Virus record (IMG/VR): IMGVR_UViG_3300010361_000036
Coordinates: 1 to 25,170 of that record
Length of the DNA stretch: 25,170 bases
Reading direction: 5' to 3' (one strand)
Origin: a virus
Taxonomy: Duplodnaviria; Caudoviricetes
Shown: piece after piece, positions 17,032-24,254 of the stretch
How positions within the stretch are numbered: the stretch's first letter is position 1
How the letters are laid out: each line of letters starts with the position of its first letter
Translations under genes and position numbers: made by a program
The notes under the pieces: generated by a model
Databases searched by the model: none
What the model saw: the letters and a program-made list of their open reading frames with translations, nothing else
What the model was told of the DNA's origin: nothing

Positions 17032-17059
17032 GAGCCCGGTAGGCGAACCTACCGGGCTC
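17032..17059. terminator. Hairpin between convergent genes
   Basis: GAGCCCGGTAGG-CGAA-CCTACCGGGCTC, a perfect 12-bp stem. Confidence 0.65.
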
Positions 17060-17099
17060 TACGGCCTCCGGCGACCCACACCCTCGCAGGGCCGGAAGT

Positions 17100-17393
17100 C
17101 TAACCAAGCCAGTCGTCCTGCGGCGAGCGGCCGGTGTCCAGGTCTATCCCGCCCGGAGGCTCCGGAGTCTCCAGGCTCTCCGTGATCCCGAGCACGACCA
17201 GCCTCGCCTGGTCCGGGCCGTCTACCACGTCGCAGTAGCGCTTGACGTAGCCGAGCATATCGCCTAGCTCGCCGTTGAGGATGATGTCCTCAAGCATCGT
17301 CTCCGCCATCTCGACCACTAGCATGGCGTCCTGGCCCGGAAGGCTCGCGAGGTAGCCGATAGCCGCTCTCGCGCGGATCAGTTCAGCGTTCAT
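17100..17393 (-). CDS. Hypothetical protein (97 aa)
   Basis: ATGA-coupled start at 17393 (MNAELIRARAAIGY...). Confidence 0.65.
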   Translation of the reverse strand: MNAELIRARAAIGYLASLPGQDAMLVVEMAETMLEDIILNGELGDMLGYVKRYCDVVDGPDQARLVVLGITESLETPEPPGGIDLDTGRSPQDDWLG

Positions 17394-17530
17394 ACCATTG
17401 CCGCCTTCCGGAGCCGGATGAAGATCTTGAGTAGATGCTGGAAGAGATGGTTCTGGTCTCCGTCGCAGTGGAACGCGAGAGCCAGGGCCTGGTAGATAAA
17501 GTCCCAGACAAACTCGATCACAGGACTCAC
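17390..17530 (-). CDS. Small hypothetical protein (46 aa)
   Basis: MSPVIEFVWDFIYQALALAFHCDGDQNHLFQHLLKIFIRLRKAAMV; 4-nt overlaps at both ends. Confidence 0.55.
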   Translation of the reverse strand: MSPVIEFVWDFIYQALALAFHCDGDQNHLFQHLLKIFIRLRKAAMV

Positions 17531-17655
17531 CTCCCGCCACGGATACGGCCGACAACGCGCGCCTTCCGGAGCCTACGCCGGAGCTTACGCATGACGTCCT
17601 GGTATCCTCGCGTAAGCAGAACGCCTAGCAGGACACCGATTACCAGGTTAGTCAT
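17527..17655 (-). CDS. Small hydrophobic/basic peptide (42 aa)
   Basis: AGGCGACGAAAGGCGATTCG-ATG; MTNLVIGVLLGVLLTRGYQDVMRKLRRRLRKARVVGRIRGGR. Confidence 0.65.
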   Translation of the reverse strand: MTNLVIGVLLGVLLTRGYQDVMRKLRRRLRKARVVGRIRGGR

Positions 17656-17753
17656 CGAATCGCCTTTCGTCGCCTTGTTATTGGGGCCTGCCACGGGCCT
17701 TCCCGCTACCCTGTTGCCGGCATCCCGGCTGGTTCTGGCCTCAGCCCCAACAC

Positions 17754-17796
17754 CTCAAGTATAACCCCAGACGGGCTCCGGCGTCTACCCGTTTCC
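17754..17796 (-). promoter_or_regulatory. Promoter of the repeated family
   Basis: GGAAACGGG-TAGACG-18 nt-TATACT-TG; shares GGAAACGGGTAG with the promoter near 19285-19322. Confidence 0.6.
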
Positions 17797-18267
17797 CAGA
17801 TTGGCGAACGGGTTTCCGGCGAGCTTGCTGGCAGGGCCGGAGATCACGAGATAGTTGCCATCGACCCTGATCCTGATGTCTTTCTCGGAGGCCGCTGCTA
17901 TCGCCAGGAGCGGCGGGAGCAGGGCCTTGCCCGTGTCGGAGATCCCAACTGCGGCTTCCGCCTGGTCTCCCTTGATGCCGGCCGCAGCGTCTCCGCTGAT
18001 CATGCTCGCGGCCATCTGGCCGTCCTGGCTCTTGTCCTGCGCCATCTCGGTACGGACCTCTGCCGGGCTGAGCGTCCTGATGACCTTGTAGCCGTCGCCG
18101 GAGACGATGCTACGCGCGTTCACCGGGAAGCGCGATGCCGAGAGCCCGAATACGAGCCCCAGAGCCAGCGCGAGAGCCGCAGCGAGGGCTCCGGCTCCGA
18201 TAACTACCCACCGGACATCGATGCGCTTACGCGTGGGCTCCGCGCTTCCCGTGTCGTATGCGATCAT
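17785..18267 (-). CDS. Single-pass membrane or exported protein
   Basis: ATGA-coupled start at 18267; helix VVIGAGALAAALALALGLVFGL. Confidence 0.7.
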   Translation of the reverse strand: MIAYDTGSAEPTRKRIDVRWVVIGAGALAAALALALGLVFGLSASRFPVNARSIVSGDGYKVIRTLSPAEVRTEMAQDKSQDGQMAASMISGDAAAGIKGDQAEAAVGISDTGKALLPPLLAIAAASEKDIRIRVDGNYLVISGPASKLAGNPFANLGNG

Positions 18268-18443
18268 GACTGGGCCTGCGGCCGTGAGTCGTGGAGCCGC
18301 GCGATGTACTCCGCGTTCCAGACGTCGATCAGTGCCTTCTTGCGCACGATCTTGCTGAAGTACGGAAGGCCCAGGGTCAGGATGTTCCCGAGGATGTACC
18401 AGAAGGATTCCCAGCCGGTGAGGGAGAGCCGCTTGTGATTCAT
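18264..18443 (-). CDS. Small membrane protein (59 aa)
   Basis: Not in the ORF track. GAAAGGCGAAATC-ATG; MNHKRLSLTGWESFWYILGNILTLGLPYFSKIVRKKALIDVWNAEYIARLHDSRPQAQS. Confidence 0.7.
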   Translation of the reverse strand: MNHKRLSLTGWESFWYILGNILTLGLPYFSKIVRKKALIDVWNAEYIARLHDSRPQAQS

Positions 18444-18530
18444 GATTTCGCCTTTCTGCGATTGGACGTTCCCGGACGGAACGCCTAGCCAGGGCCCACA
18501 AGGCTCTCGCTACGCACTCCGTACGTACGG

Positions 18531-18541
18531 GGCAAGCCTAC
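18531..18541 (-). promoter_or_regulatory. Variant -10 box of the repeated promoter family
   Basis: GTAGGCTTGCC about 90 nt upstream of ATG 18443. Confidence 0.4.
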
Positions 18542-18753
18542 CTACACGCGGGATCTCTCCCACCCATCGCACGCCCATTCCCCGGAAAACGTGCGCCCAC
18601 CTCATCTCGGTAGGCTCCGCGCCCCATTGCGCGGCTCCGGGCCTCCCATCCGCCGACCTTGGAGTAGCGCCGGAGGCCCAGGTGCCTCGCCTATCGTACC
18701 GGACACCGGAATACCGGGCTCCAGAAAGAGCCCGGCATTCCGTCCGGAGTCCT

Positions 18754-19239
18754 CTACTCCGGCTTGCGCCAGTCGGAAGTGGTCGGCCGCGCAAAGCCCT
18801 TCGGCCAGTAGCGCTGCCATGCCGCGCCTCCGGTCGGAAGGACCTTCAGCCAGTTCGCGATCTTCTCCTGGTCAGCCTTGGAGTGACCCTTGAAGTGGCC
18901 GGCCACGAGGTCGATCAGCTCGCGGGCCAGGACCTGATTGACCTCGCGAGCGGAGGTCCCACCGTTCGCCTCCGGCTTGGCGGCCGCAGGCTTCCGCGTG
19001 GTCTTCGCCGGAGCCTTCGCCGGAGCCTTGCCGGTCTTGGTCTCCGGAGTCGCCGGAGCCTTCCGCGTACGAGTCGCGGGCTTGACAGCCGTCTTGGTCT
19101 CCGGAGTGGCACGCCGCCCACGCCGCGCAGAAACCGCAGGCTTGGTCTCGGTGTCCTCGCGGAGCACGCCGGCCAGAACGCCCTCATTCGCCTTACGCTC
19201 AGCGTCCACGGGCTCCGGCTTGGTCTGGGTCTCGGTCAT
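18754..19239 (-). CDS. Lys/Ala/Pro/Thr-rich (histone H1-like) protein
   Basis: ATG 19239 after AGGCGACGAAAGGCGAGAAA; ATPETKT twice, KAPAKAPAK; compact Trp-containing C-terminal domain. Confidence 0.75.
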   Translation of the reverse strand: MTETQTKPEPVDAERKANEGVLAGVLREDTETKPAVSARRGRRATPETKTAVKPATRTRKAPATPETKTGKAPAKAPAKTTRKPAAAKPEANGGTSAREVNQVLARELIDLVAGHFKGHSKADQEKIANWLKVLPTGGAAWQRYWPKGFARPTTSDWRKPE

Positions 19240-19263
19240 TTTCTCGCCTTTCGTCGCCTGGGG

Positions 19264-19322
19264 GCGTCTCCCCCAACAAGACCAACTATACCCCACGCTT
19301 GGGGGAGACGCTACCCGTTTCC
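19264..19322 (-). promoter_or_regulatory. Promoter inside a 13-bp inverted repeat
   Basis: TAGCGT-17 nt-TATAGT-TGG; arms GCGTCTCCCCCAA (19264-19276) and TTGGGGGAGACGC (19299-19311). Confidence 0.65.
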
Positions 19323-19331
19323 TGAACTTTT

Positions 19332-19994
19332 CTACGGGGCAACAAACCCCATGGTCTCGCCCCATCCCTCGCCGTAGAGAGCCGCAAACGCAGCTTCCTC
19401 ATCGCGGAGTACCTCCACGAGCCACCGGGCGCACTCGTCATCGGGCTCGCCGTAAGCGCCGATCAGCTCGCAGACGTCGCGCAGGAGGTGAACCGCGACT
19501 AGCGCGGAGTCAGAGGCGAACGTCTCGGAAACGCGAGCGGAGTCAAGCTCGCGCTCACGGACATTCTCCCAGAATCCCGTAGGGTCGGGCCTTTCGCAGT
19601 TCCACGTCAGGTCCTCCGCACCGGGCATCGCGTAATAAAACGGCTCCGGGGCAGGCCCACGCCTCGCGTAGGTATACCGGCCCTTCAGAATCATCTCGTC
19701 AAACTTCCGGGTAGCGCGGTAGGTCACCGGACGGCCATCGATCACCTCAGAGATACGCCGGAGGAACCCAGGCTCATCACCCTCTCCGGTCAGCATCCGG
19801 AGGCCATCGCTCAGGATAGCAATCCGGCCATCGGCTAGCGTCACGCCGGCCATAAAGGCCGACCACCTACGGCCCAGAAACTCTCCGGCCGGAGACCACC
19901 ACGCGCACGGGACCTTATAGGTCTCAAGGTCAAGATACGCGATCTCGCGCCGGTACGTTCCCGGCACCTCGATCAGCCTAGCTTTCTCCGCCAT
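19332..19994 (-). CDS. RNase H-fold 3'-5' exonuclease-like protein (YprB/RNase_H_2-like)
   Basis: ATG 19994 after GAAAGGCGACGAAA; YLDLET, VTYRATRKFDEMIL and HLLRDV resemble the ExoI/II/III motifs. Confidence 0.6.
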   Translation of the reverse strand: MAEKARLIEVPGTYRREIAYLDLETYKVPCAWWSPAGEFLGRRWSAFMAGVTLADGRIAILSDGLRMLTGEGDEPGFLRRISEVIDGRPVTYRATRKFDEMILKGRYTYARRGPAPEPFYYAMPGAEDLTWNCERPDPTGFWENVRERELDSARVSETFASDSALVAVHLLRDVCELIGAYGEPDDECARWLVEVLRDEEAAFAALYGEGWGETMGFVAP

Positions 19995-20018
19995 TTTCGT
20001 CGCCTTTCTCTCGGATAC

Positions 20019-20051
20019 CCCAAGTCTACCGGACTCCAGAGCCGGAGTCGA
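20019..20051 (-). promoter_or_regulatory. Promoter of the repeated family
   Basis: TCGACT-17 nt-TAGACT-TGGG; dyad GACTCC-N6-GGAGTC. Confidence 0.6.
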
Positions 20052-20079
20052 GTGCACATGGAAGTAACGCTCTGGTAAC

Positions 20080-20285
20080 GAATGAGGCCCGGTCGGCTCT
20101 CGCCTTCCGGGCCTCCGGCCAGCTGCCCTAGCTATCCCCAGGTACCAGTGCACCTTCCCTGGTTCAATCCACCCTTCCCATTCATGCCTCCACCGCGTAC
20201 GGCCTGGCCGGATCTTTCCCGGCTGGGTTCCCTACTCGCGTCACCCACCAGTGGCGCTCAGCGGCCTCATTCCTCGGACAGCCTA
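20080..20285 (-). ncRNA. Candidate structured non-coding RNA (~200 nt)
   Basis: Downstream of GTATACTTGC (20288-20297); no convincing ORF; terminal 10-bp pairing GAATGAGGCC/GGCCTCATTC; internal hairpins. Confidence 0.4.
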
Positions 20286-20397
20286 GCGCAAGTATACCCT
20301 ACGCAGAGCGAGCCCGGTAGGCCGCGCGCTGGGGGTGGCAGCCGCCTACCGGGCTCCGGATGGGATGCTGCCCGCGCATCCCGTTATGAGGCCCTAC

Positions 20398-20616
20398 TCA
20401 CATACCGGTCGATTCCATCCAGCCTCCGATGAACCGCGCGTGCCCTCTATTCTCATCCCACTCGCCGGAGCCGATCACTACGACGTCAGGAATCCAGACG
20501 CTACCAGCCTTCAGTTCCTGCCTCAGGCTATCCGTCCGCTCATCCTCGTGATTAACGTCATGGCTTTCCGGTACGGTCTTGCCGCAGAAGTTACACCACT
20601 TCGCACCTTTAGGCAT
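20398..20616 (-). CDS. Small protein with a CxxC...H motif (72 aa)
   Basis: ATG 20616 after GGAGGAAG, overlapping the stop of the RuvC-like gene; WCNFCG...H...H. Confidence 0.6.
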   Translation of the reverse strand: MPKGAKWCNFCGKTVPESHDVNHEDERTDSLRQELKAGSVWIPDVVVIGSGEWDENRGHARFIGGWMESTGM

Positions 20617-21172
20617 TCGCTTCCTCCGGGAAATCGACGGTCCACAAGGCCCGGTAGGGCCATAGCTGCTTCGCAAATTCAGTATTCTCGCGGGCTCGCC
20701 GGAGGCCGGTAAACGCATGCCGGCACGCATCGCGGATATGCTCGCTTCCCTCTACCCATAGCCCACGCGAGCGGAGCCGCTCATCCGTGTACGCCTGCTT
20801 TGCTAGCGAGCGGTCCTGGAACGTGAGGGTTGCGTCGCCTAGCTTCCCCTGATGCCGGAGTAGCGAGAGCATCGCGCCTATCCGGATGGGGCTGAGCTGA
20901 TCTGGGTCCGTGGACTTGTATGTAGGGTCAATCGTCCAGCCCTCGCAGATCACGGCAGGGCCAGCCTTGTACTCGATTCCCTGGACCTCACGGATAAGCC
21001 GCGCGATCTCGGTTGCCTGAACTTCCTCCGGGCCGGTGAACTCGCCCCAGTCATACTCCAGTACCTCCGGAGGATGCCCGGCAAAAATGCTGTAGCGCGG
21101 AACGGTAACCACGTACCATCCCGTAGTGCCTCCAGGGTCTATGCCCATTACGTGAATGTTCCTTGCGGTCAT
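20609..21172 (-). CDS. RuvC-like Holliday junction resolvase
   Basis: VMGIDPGGTTGW, VICE, HIRDACRHA. Confidence 0.8.
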   Translation of the reverse strand: MTARNIHVMGIDPGGTTGWYVVTVPRYSIFAGHPPEVLEYDWGEFTGPEEVQATEIARLIREVQGIEYKAGPAVICEGWTIDPTYKSTDPDQLSPIRIGAMLSLLRHQGKLGDATLTFQDRSLAKQAYTDERLRSRGLWVEGSEHIRDACRHAFTGLRRARENTEFAKQLWPYRALWTVDFPEEANA

Positions 21173-21204
21173 CGCCTATCCCCAGCCTTTCCGCCTTTCG
21201 CCTC

Positions 21205-21300
21205 AGGAGCGCCAGGCCGGCCAGGGAGGCGACGCCCTGACCGGCCGGCAAATCGTGCGTGGGCCCAGTGAAAGGCGATAACCCTGGGCGCTGCCGCCGC
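21205..21300 (-). ncRNA. Candidate two-hairpin RNA whose loops are antisense to the start-associated motif
   Basis: Stems 21263-21268/21284-21289 and 21216-21226/21235-21245; minus-strand loops GGTTATCGCCTTTCA and CGTCGCCT; -10-like TATTCT at 21310-21315. Confidence 0.55.
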
Positions 21301-21346
21301 ACTAAAACGAGAATACCCTACGCGGCCGGAAAGCGGAAGCGAGCCC

Positions 21347-21409
21347 TAGAATGACATCGCTCACAGGAGTAAGATAGAGGCTCCGGCCGCATCCCACAGC
21401 CGGAGCCTC
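21347..21409 (+). promoter_or_regulatory. Promoter and leader hairpin of the primase-polymerase gene
   Basis: TAGAAT-17 nt-TAAGAT, then an 11-bp stem GAGGCTCCGGC/GCCGGAGCCTC; AGAAAGGA RBS downstream. Confidence 0.55.
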
Positions 21410-21444
21410 AACAGTCTCTCTCCACCGAGAAAGGACCACCGATC

Positions 21445-23661
21445 ATGAGTATAGCGGACGGCTCCGTAAAAGGAAACCCGGATCTTTATGTCGCACGGAT
21501 TCTGGCCGGAATGGGTGTGCCTATCTTCCGCTGTAAGCTCGATGCTAGCGGGAATCCCGCAAAGGCATTCGGATGGCAGAACACAAAGCCCGGTGATATT
21601 AGCTACTCGGCTATTGACCGGTGGGAGCCCGGATGGGGCCTGGGGGCTGTATGCGGCTCCGTATTCGATGTCGTTGACGTTGATCCCCGGAATGGCGGCC
21701 TTGAGTCCTGGCCGCTCCTGCTCTCGCGCCTCGCGGATGACCCTCCGGTCATCTTCGGCATCCAGGCCACGCCGTCGCACGGCTTCCACTTCCTGATTCC
21801 TGCTCAAGGCGTGACCCGCTGTAAGCTGCTGCCCGGAATCGATCTCCAGGCCCGTTCCGGATTCGTGTTCATCGCGCCTACGATCCGGCCGAGTAAGGCT
21901 CCGGGCGACTCCGGCGAGCCTCGCGGCTACCGGTGGATCTCGCCTGTCCAGCCGGAGGCTACCCCGTGGTACCACGAGCCGTCACAGGCCTTCCTAGAGC
22001 TACCGTGGGACGCTGAGCGCATAACTGGGCCAGGAACGGCCCGGAGCGGCCGCAGGAGCCCACAGGAGCTTCAGGCCGCAGTCCTAGCCGCAGAGGCCGG
22101 AGAGCAGCGCACAGCGCTCCTGCGGCTGACCGAGGAATACGAGTTTGCAGGATGGCCTCCGGAGGCGATCAGGGACACGCTCCGGAACTTCCTGCCGTCC
22201 GTGCCGGTATTCGATCCGGATGACCCATGGTACCCTGCTCGCGGAGGGAACCCAGACAGGCACATCAACGGCCTAATTGACAAGTACCGTGACGGCCGGT
22301 ACCTGAGGCACGGCAGGCCGATTATCCCAGACGCTACCGAGGATGAGCTTGCCGGTATCCGGGAAGTCGAGCCGGTAGTTGTCGGCAGGGAAGCGCCACC
22401 CGCAGAAGAGGCATTCTGGACCGCGCGGAAGGATCTTGCGATTATCCGGCAGTGGGCGCAAGCCCAGCAGGTCTCACCATGGGCCCTACTCGGAGAGATC
22501 CTAGCTGAAGTCATAGCCCGCGTACCACCGACATTCGTACTGCCACGGATCATCGCCGGATACGGCACACTCAATATGCTTATCGCGCTAACCGGCAATT
22601 CATCGGCCGGTAAAGGTGGCGCATCATCCGTCGCTGAGGATGCTGTCACATACGGTGAGCCAGCACTGCTAATGAGGCCCGACCGCATCCCACTAGGAAG
22701 TGGCGAGGGCCTAGCCAAGAACTACGGCTACTGGCGCAGAGACACCGGCCTTACCCGGTGCGCTTATACCTCAATCCCCACCTGTTACGAGATAGACACA
22801 TTCACAGCCATAGTCGAGCGAGGCGGCGCAACACTCACGGCTGAGCTACGTAAGTTCTTCAGTGGAGAGACGCTAGGCTTTGGTTATGGCGGCCAGGATA
22901 AGCGGATCATCATACCTAAATACTCATACCGTGGCGTACTTATCGCCGGAGTCCAGCCAGAACAGTCAAGCATTATCCTCAACGATACCGGCTCCGGATT
23001 CGCGCAGCGCTGGTTCTTCCTTGACGCTACCGATCCATACGCACCGGATAGCGAGCCCGATAGGCCAGCCTCGCTCGAATGGACGCTGCCGCGAGAGCTT
23101 GATGAACTCGATGTCGAAGCAGCCAAGCCACTTCAGGTAATGGATATCTGCGCGAAAGCGGAGGAAGAAATCAAGCTGAACCGGAAACAGAACCTACGCG
23201 GAAACGGAGATAAGCTCAGAGGTCACGCACTCTACACGCAGGAGAAATTTGCCGCAGGCCTCGCCCTACTCGCTATGCGTACTGAGATTACCGAGGAAGA
23301 CTGGGACCTCGCAGCCTACGCAATGCGGAAGTCGGATATGATCCGGGCTCGCTGCGAGCACGAGCTAGAACAGAAGCGATACGGACAGGCCTGGGCCCAG
23401 GGAAAGGCAGAAGGTATCAAGCAGACAGCCGCAGAAGACTCACGCGAGCTAGAGCAGAAGAAACGAGTAGCAAGGCTTGTTATGAGTCACGTTCCGGCTA
23501 CCGGACGTATATCAAGAGGCGCACTCGGGAAGAAAATGCCCGCTGACCGGGAAATCCTACAGAAAGTGCTGCCTGAACTGGTCTCGCTGAAGCTGCTAAT
23601 CATGGAGAATGACACATATCAGGGCCGTTCAGTCGATTATTACAGGAGGCCCGGAAAATGA
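21445..23661 (+). CDS. Bifunctional DNA primase-polymerase fused to a P-loop helicase-like (DUF3987-like) domain
   Basis: Prim-Pol motifs VVDVDPRNGG, TPSHGFHF, IDLQARSGFVFIAPT; C-terminal GNSSAGKG, GSGEGL, SGFAQRWFF. Confidence 0.85.
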   Translation: MSIADGSVKGNPDLYVARILAGMGVPIFRCKLDASGNPAKAFGWQNTKPGDISYSAIDRWEPGWGLGAVCGSVFDVVDVDPRNGGLESWPLLLSRLADDPPVIFGIQATPSHGFHFLIPAQGVTRCKLLPGIDLQARSGFVFIAPTIRPSKAPGDSGEPRGYRWISPVQPEATPWYHEPSQAFLELPWDAERITGPGTARSGRRSPQELQAAVLAAEAGEQRTALLRLTEEYEFAGWPPEAIRDTLRNFLPSVPVFDPDDPWYPARGGNPDRHINGLIDKYRDGRYLRHGRPIIPDATEDELAGIREVEPVVVGREAPPAEEAFWTARKDLAIIRQWAQAQQVSPWALLGEILAEVIARVPPTFVLPRIIAGYGTLNMLIALTGNSSAGKGGASSVAEDAVTYGEPALLMRPDRIPLGSGEGLAKNYGYWRRDTGLTRCAYTSIPTCYEIDTFTAIVERGGATLTAELRKFFSGETLGFGYGGQDKRIIIPKYSYRGVLIAGVQPEQSSIILNDTGSGFAQRWFFLDATDPYAPDSEPDRPASLEWTLPRELDELDVEAAKPLQVMDICAKAEEEIKLNRKQNLRGNGDKLRGHALYTQEKFAAGLALLAMRTEITEEDWDLAAYAMRKSDMIRARCEHELEQKRYGQAWAQGKAEGIKQTAAEDSRELEQKKRVARLVMSHVPATGRISRGALGKKMPADREILQKVLPELVSLKLLIMENDTYQGRSVDYYRRPGK

Positions 23662-23667
23662 TAAAAT

Positions 23668-23814
23668 CATAGGGTAATTTCCATAGGGTAAAATTACCCT
23701 ATGAGCGTCCCTCCGGAGCCTCTTTATATATATAAACCCCCTATTTTCACGTAAGATATATAGAGCGAGAAAGCGGACCATAGGGTAACGTTACCCTATG
23801 AAATTTACCCTATG
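23668..23814. repeat. Putative replication origin: six 10-bp iterons around an AT-rich core
   Basis: CATAGGGTAA at 23668, 23682 and 23779; TTACCCTATG at 23694, 23791 and 23805; TTTATATATATAAA at 23723-23736. Confidence 0.8.
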
Positions 23815-23830
23815 AAAACCAGGAGATAAA

Positions 23831-24112
23831 ATGCTAATAGTAGCGGTAAAACCGCTCTCCGGAGGGCTGGACTGGGAATGGCCTACTACATACGGCCCTT
23901 TCGAGAGCGAAGATGATGCAAACCGGTTCGCTTTCAGGCTCTGTAGCGACTGGATTAAGGCCGGTGACTCTGAACTAGTGGTAAAAGTACTGAACGTATA
24001 CTCACCGGATCCAGATACATCAGCAATACCAACTCCTGGTGGATGGGATGAATTCCGGACGGAAGTTATCCGCCGCTCAATCCTCCGCGCCGGAACCGGG
24101 CCGGACACATAA
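23831..24112 (+). CDS. Hypothetical protein (93 aa)
   Basis: AGGAG RBS; YGPFES..DA motif. Confidence 0.65.
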   Translation: MLIVAVKPLSGGLDWEWPTTYGPFESEDDANRFAFRLCSDWIKAGDSELVVKVLNVYSPDPDTSAIPTPGGWDEFRTEVIRRSILRAGTGPDT

Positions 24113-24254
24113 CAAAGTGCCCCGCTATGAAGTCGATGTTCGCGTATTCCGCGTGGCAGAACCTGCAGCACACCGGCTCGTAATCCCTCGCTGATACAAA
24201 GATGAGGCCCGGAGCCAGTAGCTCCGGAACCTCATCCTCATCCGGCTCGCTCAT
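24066..24254 (-). CDS. Small zinc-finger-like protein
   Basis: CRFC...H...C; ATGA coupling. Confidence 0.55.
   Translation of the reverse strand: MSEPDEDEVPELLAPGLIFVSARDYEPVCCRFCHAEYANIDFIAGHFVMCPARFRRGGLSGG

Noticed and set aside
4181-19582. Long plus-strand ORFs (e.g. 4915-5511, 7826-8440, 9066-9878, 18442-19377)
   Set aside because: Antisense shadows of well-supported minus-strand genes in GC-rich DNA, without RBS or motifs.
20080-20285. Firm call as cobalamin riboswitch, tRNA or ribozyme
   Set aside because: Only scattered short words match; no cloverleaf or hammerhead core found. Kept only as an unnamed ncRNA candidate.
21051-21302. 83-aa minus-strand ORF across the two-hairpin region
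   Set aside because: No RBS and it overlaps the RuvC-like gene out of frame. A leaderless start cannot be fully excluded, but the hairpin and loop pattern explains the region better.
21361-23126. Minus-strand ORFs inside the primase-polymerase gene
   Set aside because: Shadow frames with no recognisable features.
23668-23814. Repeats as a CRISPR array or transposon ends
   Set aside because: Units are 10 bp, in mixed orientation with 2-4 nt spacers, and there is no transposase; an origin fits better.
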